Positions 1-9,201 of a stretch of DNA of 64,000 nucleotides are shown piece by piece. Within the stretch, counting starts at the first letter, position 1, and the number at the start of each line of letters is the position of its first letter. The position numbers were made by a program, and so were the translations under genes. Origin of the DNA: an uncultured Mycoplasmatota bacterium (GTDB lineage Bacteria; Bacillota_I; Bacilli_A; RF39; UBA660); NCBI GenBank assembly GCA_946413985.1, contig CAMKMS010000001.1:76317-140316 (forward strand), written 5' to 3'. The notes below the pieces were generated by a model, which made no database searches, was not told where the DNA came from, and saw only the letters and a list, made by a program, of their open reading frames with translations.

Positions 1-42
1 CTTTTCTAAATTATTAACGTAAATAATTATATCTAATGTCAT
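1..42 (-). CDS. 5' end of an unidentified CDS running off the left edge (partial)
   Basis: Minus-strand ATG at 42-40, one nt after the dCMP deaminase stop. AAAGGA lies inside the upstream gene's 3' end. There are 14 open codons (MTLDIIIYVNNLEK) to the window edge, too few to identify. Confidence 0.35.
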   Translation of the reverse strand, partial: MTLDIIIYVNNLEK

Positions 43-43
43 T

Positions 44-541
44 TTAGTATCCTTTCGTACCATTTAAACTATCATCATTATCTATTAATACTTGAACATC
101 TATTTCCCTATATTTATCTTTACTATCTCTAAATATCATTTTAGTTATTCCACTATTAATAATATATCTTTTACACATAGCACATGGCATTGCATTTTCT
201 ACATATTCATGTGTTTTAGCATCTACTCCAACTTCATATAAAGTAGCACCTATCATATCTTTTCGAGAAGCTGATATTATTGCATTTTGTTCTGCATGTA
301 CACTTCTACACAATTCATATCTTTCTCCTCTTGGAATATTTAATTCTTCTCTAATACATGTCCCTATATCACTACAATTTTTTCTTCCTCTTGGAGCGCC
401 ATTATATCCAGTTGATATTATTTCATCATCTTTTACTATAACACAACCCCATTTTCTTCTTATACATGTAGATCTTTCAAGTGCTGCTTCTGCTATATCT
501 AAATAATAATTATTTTTATCAATTCTATTCATTTTTTTCAT
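44..541 (-). CDS. comEB: dCMP (deoxycytidylate) deaminase, ComEB family
   Basis: Cytidine/dCMP deaminase zinc motifs VHAEQNAI and PCAMCKRYIINSGI. Length 165 aa. SD AGAGG lies 7 nt before the ATG. Confidence 0.85.
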   Translation of the reverse strand: MKKMNRIDKNNYYLDIAEAALERSTCIRRKWGCVIVKDDEIISTGYNGAPRGRKNCSDIGTCIREELNIPRGERYELCRSVHAEQNAIISASRKDMIGATLYEVGVDAKTHEYVENAMPCAMCKRYIINSGITKMIFRDSKDKYREIDVQVLIDNDDSLNGTKGY

Positions 542-642
542 ATCTAAACCTCTATATAAGATATTCTATCATAAAGACAAAAATATTTAAATAATAGTAA
601 TTAAAAAAAATAAAAATGAATAATATTAAATAGAGGAATAAT

Positions 643-3204
643 ATGAATACTAATTATAAAACTGGACTTAGTAGTGAAGAAGTAATAAATAGTAGAAAAA
701 AATATGGCTCTAATAAATTAGAAATAAGAAAGAAAAATTCATTTTTAAAATTAGTTTTTGAATCTTTAAATGATCCAATTATTAAAATGCTTTTAATTGC
801 TCTTTGTATAAAAATTCTTTTTTTATTTAGAAACTCTAATATATATGAAACAATTGGAATTGCTATTTCAGTGTTTTTAGCATCTTTTATATCTGCAATA
901 TCTGAATATGGTAGTGAAAAAGCATTTGAAAAATTATCTGAAGAAAATAATCATATTCAAATAAAAGTAATTAGAAATAATAAAAAAGAAATTGTTGATA
1001 TTGATGAAGTAGTAGTCGGTGATATTGTAATTCTAGAAAGTGGTGATAGAATCCCAGCCGATGGTATTATTATAAATGGAGAATGTTCAACAGATGAAAG
1101 TATGCTTAGTGGAGAAAGTAAAGAAAAATTAAAAGAAATCGGATCACATGTATATAAAGGTAGTGTTGTTCTAGACAAAAAAGCTTTAATGATAGTTAAA
1201 AAAGTTGGAAAGAATACTTTTTATGGAAAAATATCAGATGATATACAAGAAAAAAATGCTCCAAGCCCATTAAAAGAAAAATTAACTAGACTTGCTAAAA
1301 TAATTAGTTTATTTGGATATATAGGAGCATTATTAGTTTTTATATCATATATGTATAATGCTGTATTAGTTCCATATAATTATGATTTTAGTGTTTTACT
1401 CAATAAGAGTATAATATTACCACATTTATTATATGCATTAACACTATGTGTTGCAGTAGTTGTAATGGCTGTTCCAGAAGGATTACCTATGATGATAACA
1501 TTAGTATTATCATCTAATATGAAAAGATTACTTAAAAAGAATGTATTAGTAAGAAAATTAGTTGGTATTGAAACATCAGGATCATTAAATGTTTTATTTA
1601 CTGATAAAACAGGAACATTAACAGAAGGAAAATTAAAAGTAATTAAATATATTAGTCCAACATTAAAAGAATATAATAATATAGAAAACAATTATGATAT
1701 TTTATATCAATCAATGATTTATAACAATGAATCATTTTTTATTAATAATAAAGTTGAAGGTGGCAATATAACTGATAAAGCAATACTAGAATTTATTAAT
1801 TCTGATAATAAAAACAAATATAAAATTTTAAATAAAAAAATATTTAATAGTAAATTAAAGTATTCAAGTGTAACAACAAACTATAATAATCAAACAACTT
1901 TTTATAAAGGCGCTTATGAAGTATTAATTAATAAAGTAACAAGATATTTAGATGAAAATGGAAAAGAAAAAATTCTTTTAGATAAAAAAGATATCAATAA
2001 TTATATTTATAATATAACTAAAAAAGGTAATAGAATTATTACACTTGCTATGTCAAAAAAAGATGATTTTGAAAATCTTACTTTAGTTGGTTTTTTAGTA
2101 TTAAAAGATAAAATAAGAAAAGATGCTTATGAAGCAGTTAATCTTATAAAAAAAGCAGGTATAGATATTATAATGGTAACAGGTGATGCTAAAGAAACAG
2201 CAGAGTCTATTGCAAAAGAATTAAAGATAATAGATAGTGAAAATGATATTGTATTAACGAGTGAAGAATTTAATAGAATGAATGATGAAGATATTAAAAA
2301 AATACTACCTAATTTAAAAGTATTAAGTAGAAGTTTACCTGAAGATAAAAACAGGCTTGTTAAAATTAGTAAAGAATTAGATTTAGTAGTTGGTATGACT
2401 GGAGATGGAGTAAATGATGCACCTGCTCTAAAAAGAAGTGATGTCGGTTTTTCGATGGGAAGTGGAAGTGAAGTTGCAAAAGAAACAAGTGATATAGTAA
2501 TAATTGATAATAATATATCTTCTATTGCTGTTGCAATTCTATATGGAAGAACAATATTTAAAAGTATAAGAAAATATGTTGTATTTCAATTGAGTGTTAA
2601 CTTGTGTTCAGTAATGCTGAGTATAATTGGTCCATTTATAGGAGTATTATCCCCAATAACAGTTATTCAAGTATTATGGGTTAATATGGTTATGGATACT
2701 TTCGCTGGACTTGCATTTTCTTTTGAACCAGCATTTATTGAATATATGAATGAGTTACCTAAAAATAAAAATACAAATATTATTAATTCATATATGAAAA
2801 ATCAAATATTTTTTGATGGATTATTCTCAATGATAATTAGTGTATGGTTTTTGAAATCAAATTTTATAAATGAAATATATAAAACTAATATAAGTGATAA
2901 ATATATGATGACAGCATTTTTTGGATTATTCATTTTTATAGATATATTTAATGCATTTAATGCAAGAACTTCACATATTAATACTTTTTATGGATTATTT
3001 AAAAATAAAATATTTATTATTATATTTACATTTATTATGGTTGTTCAAATAATACTAATATACTTTGGTGGTGAATTATTTAGGACTACTGGTTTAACTA
3101 TTTATGAATTTGAAATAATGATAATTGTTGCTTTTTTAGTTATACCATTTGACATCTTAAGAAAAATATTATTAAAAATAAAAAGAGCTAAAGTTGGGTT
3201 TTAG
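643..3204 (+). CDS. P-type cation-transporting ATPase, Ca2+-type (type IIA/IIB-like)
   Basis: DKTGTLT phosphorylation motif, PEGLP, MVTGD, TGDGVNDAPALK. N-terminal GLSSEEV...YGSNKLE is typical of Ca-ATPases. Multiple TM segments; SD GAGGA. Confidence 0.9.
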   Translation: MNTNYKTGLSSEEVINSRKKYGSNKLEIRKKNSFLKLVFESLNDPIIKMLLIALCIKILFLFRNSNIYETIGIAISVFLASFISAISEYGSEKAFEKLSEENNHIQIKVIRNNKKEIVDIDEVVVGDIVILESGDRIPADGIIINGECSTDESMLSGESKEKLKEIGSHVYKGSVVLDKKALMIVKKVGKNTFYGKISDDIQEKNAPSPLKEKLTRLAKIISLFGYIGALLVFISYMYNAVLVPYNYDFSVLLNKSIILPHLLYALTLCVAVVVMAVPEGLPMMITLVLSSNMKRLLKKNVLVRKLVGIETSGSLNVLFTDKTGTLTEGKLKVIKYISPTLKEYNNIENNYDILYQSMIYNNESFFINNKVEGGNITDKAILEFINSDNKNKYKILNKKIFNSKLKYSSVTTNYNNQTTFYKGAYEVLINKVTRYLDENGKEKILLDKKDINNYIYNITKKGNRIITLAMSKKDDFENLTLVGFLVLKDKIRKDAYEAVNLIKKAGIDIIMVTGDAKETAESIAKELKIIDSENDIVLTSEEFNRMNDEDIKKILPNLKVLSRSLPEDKNRLVKISKELDLVVGMTGDGVNDAPALKRSDVGFSMGSGSEVAKETSDIVIIDNNISSIAVAILYGRTIFKSIRKYVVFQLSVNLCSVMLSIIGPFIGVLSPITVIQVLWVNMVMDTFAGLAFSFEPAFIEYMNELPKNKNTNIINSYMKNQIFFDGLFSMIISVWFLKSNFINEIYKTNISDKYMMTAFFGLFIFIDIFNAFNARTSHINTFYGLFKNKIFIIIFTFIMVVQIILIYFGGELFRTTGLTIYEFEIMIIVAFLVIPFDILRKILLKIKRAKVGF

Positions 3205-3212
3205 CTTTTTTT
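3187..3212. terminator. Bidirectional intrinsic terminator shared by two convergent, overlapping genes
   Basis: Hairpin GCTAAA-gttgggt-TTTAGC, flanked by an A-run on the left and T7 on the right. Both stop codons (3188-3190 minus, 3202-3204 plus) lie within it. Confidence 0.6.
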
Positions 3213-4927
3213 AATACTAGCGCTCTTTGGTACTCACTTTTCATAAGTGATAATTCTATATTTCTTTGATTAAAATATGAAACCAATTCTTCAAATTCAT
3301 CTTGCTTGAAATTCATTTTCAAATCATTAAAATAAAATGAATGCAGTAAGTACAAATTATATAAATCGGGATATCTTCTTAAAGAATCAGTAGAATGTGA
3401 ATATATTGGAACATGTAATCCATTATGATATCTTGGATAAATAGAGTATTTACTATCCATATATATATTATCTATTATTTTTTTTGTACTTTCATCTAAC
3501 TCTATTTTCATTGATTTAATAAGATTTTTTATATAAGATGGATCATTTATTCTATATGTATAAGGTAAAGATTTATCACACATTATTGTAGCTATTAATA
3601 CACCATATAATACCATTAATTCAGAAACAATCTTATCACCTTTACTTGTTTTTAATTCTTTTTCATTAGATAGATTTTCTTTTTTACGCCAGTACTCCTT
3701 TTTTAATGGATTTTTACTATCTAAAATACTTGCAACATCATATAAATCATATAATGGTGGTGATAATAAATTATCTTTTGTAATAAATAAATTATTACAT
3801 TTTTGATAACTAAGATTATAAGATGCTTTGATAACATTTTCAGTTATATAATAATTAATAATATCACCATTTTTGCTAATAGTAACATACATTGAAATAA
3901 CATTTCTTGGTTCATTTTGATAAAGAGATAATTGTCTTTCTAATTCTTTAGAAAACAAACTTGTTTTAGGATTGTATAAGCATTTATAATTATTTTTAGC
4001 AATTAAATCTTCTCTGGATTGTGGTTTTACTATTGTAGTTGGATCAGCAATATGAATACCTACAATATAGTTTTCACCATCTTTTTTTATACTAATTCCA
4101 TCATCTCTTAGCTTTGTTTTTTCTCCGTCTATAGTAAGTATAAATTCATCATAGTATGAATCACTTGGAATATGAATATTTGGTTTACTAAAATCAGTAA
4201 TTATTCCATATTTATTTATTATTTCCTCAGGCTTTAAACCTCTTTTAACTCCAAATAGAATCATATATATTTCATTTGCAAAAAGATTTGTTTCATCTGA
4301 AACTTCATTTAGTTTTTCTACATATTCTTTTTTATTAATGTTTGATGTATAGAATACTTTTAAAAGAGATATATAATAATAAATATCACATGTATTATTT
4401 TTTATAGCATAAAGTGCCAAATTAAATATATAGTCAAATATATCGTTTTTATTTATTAATAGTACACCTTTATTTGTATTTAATAGTTTTTTAATTATAT
4501 TAATTTCTTCTTTTCTTTCAATTAATCGTATTAATAAATTTTTTAAATCATCTAAGTTTATATTTTTATCAAGTATTATTTCATCCATTTTATTAGCTGC
4601 ATCCATAAATACTTGATTATTAAATTTATTAGCATTTGCTAAAAGTGCTTCTCTTGTTTTTTTAATTCTTTTTCTATTTATAATAACGTCGTCTTCATTA
4701 AATTCTGTATTATTACATATTTGAAATAAAAAATTGACACCATTAGTAATGATTAATTCAAAAAAGATGTTATTTTTTATATCACCAATTTCAGAATTTA
4801 AAAATTTAAAAGTCTTTCTTACTAATTGTTTATCTGATACATCATAATAGTCTTTTATTTCATCAATTTTTTCTTGACTAAAATTACCATTTTGAATAAA
4901 TTTTGAAAATGTATCATGATCTTTCAT
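3188..4927 (-). CDS. RNB-domain exoribonuclease (RNase II/R family), no obvious S1/CSD modules
   Basis: RNB-like motifs DDGISIKKDGENYIVGIHIADPT and YSHSTDSLRRYPDLYNLYLLH (compare FTSPIRRYPDL). SD AGGGAGA. Confidence 0.65.
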   Translation of the reverse strand: MKDHDTFSKFIQNGNFSQEKIDEIKDYYDVSDKQLVRKTFKFLNSEIGDIKNNIFFELIITNGVNFLFQICNNTEFNEDDVIINRKRIKKTREALLANANKFNNQVFMDAANKMDEIILDKNINLDDLKNLLIRLIERKEEINIIKKLLNTNKGVLLINKNDIFDYIFNLALYAIKNNTCDIYYYISLLKVFYTSNINKKEYVEKLNEVSDETNLFANEIYMILFGVKRGLKPEEIINKYGIITDFSKPNIHIPSDSYYDEFILTIDGEKTKLRDDGISIKKDGENYIVGIHIADPTTIVKPQSREDLIAKNNYKCLYNPKTSLFSKELERQLSLYQNEPRNVISMYVTISKNGDIINYYITENVIKASYNLSYQKCNNLFITKDNLLSPPLYDLYDVASILDSKNPLKKEYWRKKENLSNEKELKTSKGDKIVSELMVLYGVLIATIMCDKSLPYTYRINDPSYIKNLIKSMKIELDESTKKIIDNIYMDSKYSIYPRYHNGLHVPIYSHSTDSLRRYPDLYNLYLLHSFYFNDLKMNFKQDEFEELVSYFNQRNIELSLMKSEYQRALVLKKAKTQL

Positions 4928-5008
4928 ATGTAAGTCTCCCTTTTAATAATAACATATTATTGTTTAATAAGACAAGGTTATTGTGGTATAATTATTATGA
5001 GGTGTAGT

Positions 5009-5431
5009 ATGTTTAAGTATAAAAAAATTAGCTTATATATTTTAACATTTCTTTATATTATTTTTTCATTTATAGAATTCATTATATATTTGAAAGTTGA
5101 GAATACTATTTTTGGTTTATACTATTTAATTTCTACTATGGTTTTAATATTTTTATTAGTGCCATGTGTTTATAATTATAATAGTAAGCATAATAATATA
5201 AGAATTAGTAAATTAATAATAGTGATTTTACTTGGAATTTTTAATAGTTTTATTCTTTCAAGTATTATTTTGAATGGTTATAACTACACTGATGGCTCAG
5301 AAAAATATATTAATAGCATTTTTATTTTTAAAAATATATTGAAACCTATAATATACTTTGGATTATTAATAATTACTATTTTTGAGACAAAATTAGTTAA
5401 TTTAATCAGAAAAAATAATCAAAAAGGTTGA
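5009..5431 (+). CDS. Small polytopic membrane protein, unknown function
   Basis: Four hydrophobic segments. I prefer the ATG at 5009 (SD GAGGTG at 4999-5004) over the track start at 4997. TGgTATAAT lies at 4984-4992. Confidence 0.5.
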   Translation: MFKYKKISLYILTFLYIIFSFIEFIIYLKVENTIFGLYYLISTMVLIFLLVPCVYNYNSKHNNIRISKLIIVILLGIFNSFILSSIILNGYNYTDGSEKYINSIFIFKNILKPIIYFGLLIITIFETKLVNLIRKNNQKG

Positions 5432-5455
5432 CTAATCCTTTTTTTTTGCTATAAT
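5428..5455 (+). promoter_or_regulatory. Sigma-A-type promoter (TTGACT-N16-TGcTATAAT)
   Basis: -35 TTGACT at 5428-5433; extended -10 TGCTATAAT at 5447-5455. This is the first of two tandem promoters upstream of the 5561 gene. Confidence 0.45.
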
Positions 5456-5501
5456 AAAACACGTTTAGTTAATCCATATGTATGAAAAAATGAACAAAAG
5501 T

Positions 5502-5530
5502 TTGACTTTTTTCGCATATTGTGGTATAAT
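5502..5530 (+). promoter_or_regulatory. Sigma-A-type promoter (TTGACT-N17-TGgTATAAT)
   Basis: Near-consensus -35 at 5502-5507 and extended -10 at 5522-5530. It overlaps the track's TTG start at 5519, which argues for the ATG at 5561. Confidence 0.65.
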
Positions 5531-5560
5531 CTAATCACTTTTTTCAAAGGGGGTAAAATT

Positions 5561-7054
5561 ATGAAAAATGAATTAGTAGAAGAAACTAAAGATATATGTA
5601 AAGACATATATGAATCATTAAAAGCTAAACATGCTGAAAAAAAAATAGAGGGAGCAGGAGTTACAATTCTTAATGAATTAGTTAAAGATATGAAAGCAGC
5701 TATAAGACTTCATAATGATGTTGATGAAGAAAATGCTGAAATAATTCGTACTGAAGCAATTAATCTTAGAAAAAACATAAATTATAAATATCATATATTA
5801 GAAGATGTTGCTCCTGAACTATTGCAAGATGAAGAATTAGATGATGACGATGAAGAAATGACAGATTCTAGAAAAGTTGCAAGAAAAGAAAATGCAAAAA
5901 GAAGTGTTGCTGTTGAATTAGCTTTAGTAACTGCATTAGCAGGTATTACTGTTCATTCTGGTTGTTTAAATAAAAAAATCAGAAGTTATCTTGAAGCTAG
6001 AACAGAAACTGTAGAGGAAGTTGAAGAACCTGTTATTACAAAGAAAGTTGCTGAAGTAAAAGAAACACCTGTAGTAACACCTGTTGTACCAGTTGCACCA
6101 ACAATGGAACCAACAGCTGAACCAACAGCAGTACCAACAGCAGTACCAACAGCTGTTCCAACAGTTGCACCAACTGCAGAGCCAGTTCAAGTACCAGTAA
6201 TAACTTTATCAAATACTGCAACACCTGCACCACAACAATTAGTGCTTGGTGAATATGGTACATTCTTTGATGTAGAAGATGATGAACAAGTAAATGCAAG
6301 AGCTCAATACATTTATGATAATTATTTTGCAAATAATAGTTCATTAACACCACAACAAAGACAATTAATTACACCAGAAAATATTGCTAATACAATTAGA
6401 GTTATGAATGGTGTATTACCAATTGATCAAAATGGTAATCAATTTATGAATGGAACAACATTAGATGATTATACAAATATATTAACTGAAATGGTTGTTA
6501 ATATTGGATCAAATGTAAATGATCATTATGAATACTTCCCATCTCATTTATTATTTGTTGATGGAAGTCCTGAATCAGAATTTGTTAAATCTTATGATGT
6601 AATTTATGATAAATTAGTATATGCTTTAAATGAACATGATGATGAACAAGTACAAGATGCAATTGCATGTCTTGGATTAAAATTCAATAAAGAATGGTTC
6701 TTACAAGGTATGTATGGAGATGTAAATCCACATCTAATGGACTCTGATAAGAAATATTTGTTATTTATTACAACAATTGAACCATATAATACTACAGCAA
6801 GAGAATGGCATTTATCAGAAAAGAAACCAGTTTGTATTAAAGGCTGTAAAAATTATGAAACAGGAGAAGAAGAATTAATTTCTGTTAATGATTTACAAAC
6901 AGCTTTAGAAACAGGTGCTTGGAATCATATAGGTGCTAAACTTGGTGGAATGGATGTTGAAACACATTCTTGGCTTGAAGATTATTATGAAGTATTATTT
7001 GAAGCATTATCATGGAAATACGATCATAGACAAACATTAAGTAAAACTTATTAA
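5561..7054 (+). CDS. Bitopic membrane protein with a Pro/Thr/Ala-rich linker and a large extracytoplasmic C-terminal domain, unknown function
   Basis: SD AAGGGGG lies 7 nt before the ATG at 5561. Layout: charged helical N-terminus, one TM (VAVELALVTALAGITV), PT(A/E/V) repeats, then about 290 aa with no motif I recognise. Confidence 0.6.
   Translation: MKNELVEETKDICKDIYESLKAKHAEKKIEGAGVTILNELVKDMKAAIRLHNDVDEENAEIIRTEAINLRKNINYKYHILEDVAPELLQDEELDDDDEEMTDSRKVARKENAKRSVAVELALVTALAGITVHSGCLNKKIRSYLEARTETVEEVEEPVITKKVAEVKETPVVTPVVPVAPTMEPTAEPTAVPTAVPTAVPTVAPTAEPVQVPVITLSNTATPAPQQLVLGEYGTFFDVEDDEQVNARAQYIYDNYFANNSSLTPQQRQLITPENIANTIRVMNGVLPIDQNGNQFMNGTTLDDYTNILTEMVVNIGSNVNDHYEYFPSHLLFVDGSPESEFVKSYDVIYDKLVYALNEHDDEQVQDAIACLGLKFNKEWFLQGMYGDVNPHLMDSDKKYLLFITTIEPYNTTAREWHLSEKKPVCIKGCKNYETGEEELISVNDLQTALETGAWNHIGAKLGGMDVETHSWLEDYYEVLFEALSWKYDHRQTLSKTY
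6094..6183 (+). repeat. In-frame 12-nt periodic repeat encoding (A/E/V)PT(A/V) units
   Basis: Runs of gtaccaacagca / gaaccaacagct / gttccaacagtt. It encodes APTMEPTAEPTAVPTAVPTAVPTVAPTAEP. Confidence 0.8.
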
Positions 7055-7073
7055 TTTTTAGGGGGTTTTGATT

Positions 7074-8642
7074 ATGTATAGTAATGAGAAGAAAAATGGA
7101 TTTAGTGTTTTAGATCTATTAGTAAAAATTATATTTGCTGCTATATTTATATTTATATTAATTTGGTTATTCCAAAAGAAAATTCCTAATGTTAATATGA
7201 CTCCATTCTATAGTAATGTATTTAGAGAAAATATTAAATATATGCAAGAAGCTGGTGAAAGTTATTTCACTAATGATAAATTACCAACAGTAAGTGGTGA
7301 AAGTGTTAAATTAACACTTGAAGAAATGGAAAGATTAAATCTTGTCTTACCATTTGTTGATCAAGATGGAAATGCTTGTAATAAAACAGAATCTTATGTA
7401 AGTATTACTAAACTTGAAGGAGATTTAGGATATGAACTAAAAACAAACTTAGTTTGTGGAAAAGAATCTAACTTCACTGTTAAAACATTAGGATGTCATG
7501 TTTATTGTCCAAATAATGGAGTTAAATGTGATTGTAATTGTGGAACTAAGAAATGTTCTTATGAAAAAGTAACAGAATATCAATTTAAGAAATTAGTATC
7601 AGGAACTAAAGTAAAATATAGTTGTGATAAGAAGTATTCTTTAAAAGGTAAATACTGTTATAAAATGGTATTAGAAGATACTAAGAGTGCTCTTGTAACT
7701 AAAACAAGAGAGAAAACTTTAACTCAAGATGCAAAATTAATTACAGAAGATGCAAAATATAATTTATTAAAAACAGTTGTAACACCTGTAACTGATACAA
7801 AAGATGCTACACCAGTAACATCAACTGATGTTAAAATGGCAACACCTGTTGTAACTACAGATACAAAAGATGCAACACCAGAAAAAGTAAAATATACTTG
7901 TACTAAAGTTAAAACTGAAACAAGATGTACAACAAGAACTGTTAAGAATCCATATTCATGTAATTGTAAAACTACAATTGTACGTGGAAAATCAACAACA
8001 ACTTGTGATACATGTTATGAAACTGTTCAAGTTCAAGATTGTAAAGATGTTGAAGTAGAATATGATGATGAATGTACAAAAACAGTATATAATTGTAAGA
8101 AATATGATGGTTATACATTAAGTGGAAAGAAATGTATTAAAGAAATTACAACATATAATTGTAATAAATATAGTGGATATACATTAGATGGAAATAAATG
8201 TAAGAAAACTACAACAACTTACAATTGTAATAAATATAGTGGATACACACTAGATGGAAAGAAATGTAAAAAAACTACAAATACTTATAGTTGTCCAAAA
8301 GGAACTGATGTTCAAGAAGGAAGCGGAGCAAACTTAAAATGTTATCAAGTTATTGCTGGAAAAACATACTATAAATGTACTGATAGTACTTATACATTAA
8401 GCGGAACTAAATGTTATAAAGTAGTTAGTGAAACATATACAGATAAAGATTGTTCAAAATATAAAGGATATGTTTTAGAAGGAGATAAATGTAAATTATA
8501 TAAAACAGATAAAGTAAAAGCAAAAGTTACTAAGACTTCTACTTCATCATATAGTTATAAATGGAGTACTTCTAAAGAATTATCTGGATGGACTGCTACT
8601 GGAAAAACAAGAACTGTAAAAGGAAAAAAGGTTTGTAAATAA
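7074..8642 (+). CDS. Cys-rich secreted/anchored repeat protein with a prepilin-like N-terminus
   Basis: SD AGGGGG precedes the ATG at 7074. The N-terminus KKNG-FSVLDLLVKIIFAAIF resembles a class III (prepilin) signal, with Asp at +5. The protein has 31 Cys, TPVxTDTKDATP repeats, and seven CxKYxGYTLxGxKC-like units. Confidence 0.6.
   Translation: MYSNEKKNGFSVLDLLVKIIFAAIFIFILIWLFQKKIPNVNMTPFYSNVFRENIKYMQEAGESYFTNDKLPTVSGESVKLTLEEMERLNLVLPFVDQDGNACNKTESYVSITKLEGDLGYELKTNLVCGKESNFTVKTLGCHVYCPNNGVKCDCNCGTKKCSYEKVTEYQFKKLVSGTKVKYSCDKKYSLKGKYCYKMVLEDTKSALVTKTREKTLTQDAKLITEDAKYNLLKTVVTPVTDTKDATPVTSTDVKMATPVVTTDTKDATPEKVKYTCTKVKTETRCTTRTVKNPYSCNCKTTIVRGKSTTTCDTCYETVQVQDCKDVEVEYDDECTKTVYNCKKYDGYTLSGKKCIKEITTYNCNKYSGYTLDGNKCKKTTTTYNCNKYSGYTLDGKKCKKTTNTYSCPKGTDVQEGSGANLKCYQVIAGKTYYKCTDSTYTLSGTKCYKVVSETYTDKDCSKYKGYVLEGDKCKLYKTDKVKAKVTKTSTSSYSYKWSTSKELSGWTATGKTRTVKGKKVCK
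8098..8295 (+). repeat. Three tandem 66-bp in-frame repeats (22-aa units YNC(K/N)KY(D/S)GYTL(S/D)G(K/N)KC.K..T.)
   Basis: Units at 8098-8163, 8164-8229 and 8230-8295. Units 2 and 3 are nearly identical at the DNA level. Confidence 0.85.
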
Positions 8643-8652
8643 ACCTTTTTTT
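8627..8652 (+). terminator. Intrinsic terminator
   Basis: AAAGGTTT-gtaaat-AAACCTTT followed by a T-run. It overlaps the stop codon of the Cys-rich gene. Confidence 0.6.
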
Positions 8653-8700
8653 ATTGATAAAAAGTACCAAATGTAATAAAATTATTAAAGAGGTACTTGA

Positions 8701-9150
8701 ATGAAAAAAAATAATATTATTTTTGTTATTATTGGATTATTTGTAATAATTGTATTTGGAATTGTAGTTATTTCATTAAATGGAAAAGTAATAAATTATA
8801 AAGAAAGAAGTGTTGATGATTGGTATAATGACATTACGAATAATAAAGAAGTTCTAACAGTATTTGGAGCATCTTATTGTAGTCATTGCCAAGAGTATTA
8901 TCCAGTTATATCAAAATTAGCTAGTAAATATGATATAAATTTATACTTTTTTGAAATAGATACATTACAAAAACAAGATAGTGATGCTTATTCAAAACTA
9001 ATGAATTCATTTGATATAAGTGAGTTTACTGGTAGTGTTCCATTTTCATTTACAATTGAAAATAATAAGATCAAGAATTATAGAAGTGGATATATGAGTA
9101 GAGATGATACTATTTCATTTTTAAAAGAATGGAGCTTTATAAAAAACTAG
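8701..9150 (+). CDS. Membrane-anchored thioredoxin-fold thiol:disulfide oxidoreductase
   Basis: N-terminal TM anchor, then a thioredoxin-like CxxC (FGASYCSHCQEYYP). SD AGAGG. Confidence 0.7.
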   Translation: MKKNNIIFVIIGLFVIIVFGIVVISLNGKVINYKERSVDDWYNDITNNKEVLTVFGASYCSHCQEYYPVISKLASKYDINLYFFEIDTLQKQDSDAYSKLMNSFDISEFTGSVPFSFTIENNKIKNYRSGYMSRDDTISFLKEWSFIKN

Positions 9151-9201
9151 AAAACTAGTTTTTTATTTTTTATTATTGTATAATTTATATAGGTGAAGTA
9201 T

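Noticed and set aside
957-1691. Track ORFs 957-1178(-) and 1380-1691(-), antisense inside the P-type ATPase gene
   Set aside because: They are fully embedded antisense to a CDS with unambiguous P-type ATPase motifs. They have no SD, and their low-complexity S/I/L/F-rich translations are typical of the reverse frame of AT-rich genes. The same reasoning applies to 11516-11749, 15472-15672, 15840-16070, 21253-21468, 26061-26411, 28495-28740, 29338-29562, 30735-30980, 31980-32234, 39810-40022, 41152-41463, 44494-44913, 45920-46180, 48807-49013, 50283-50486, 57076-57321 and 61880-62137.
5519-5560. Upstream TTG/GTG/ATG extensions proposed by the track (5519, 7068, 9193, 10366, 10719, 11094, 23973, 24030, 25877, 33095, 33948, 39062, 41531, 43460, 51709, 55409, 62479)
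   Set aside because: In each case an internal ATG or GTG sits 5-10 nt after a GGAGG-like SD, while the extension has none. At 5519 the extension overlaps the promoter -10 itself.
5966-6353. Two antisense ORFs rich in CW / LL repeats opposite the PT-repeat region
   Set aside because: They are artefacts of reading the 12-nt ACAGC/CCAAC repeat on the opposite strand. The sense frame has a strong promoter, an SD and a coherent membrane-protein architecture.
8098-8295. CRISPR-like array
   Set aside because: The repeats are contiguous 66-bp in-frame coding units with no unique spacers. No other repeat-spacer structure was seen anywhere in the window.
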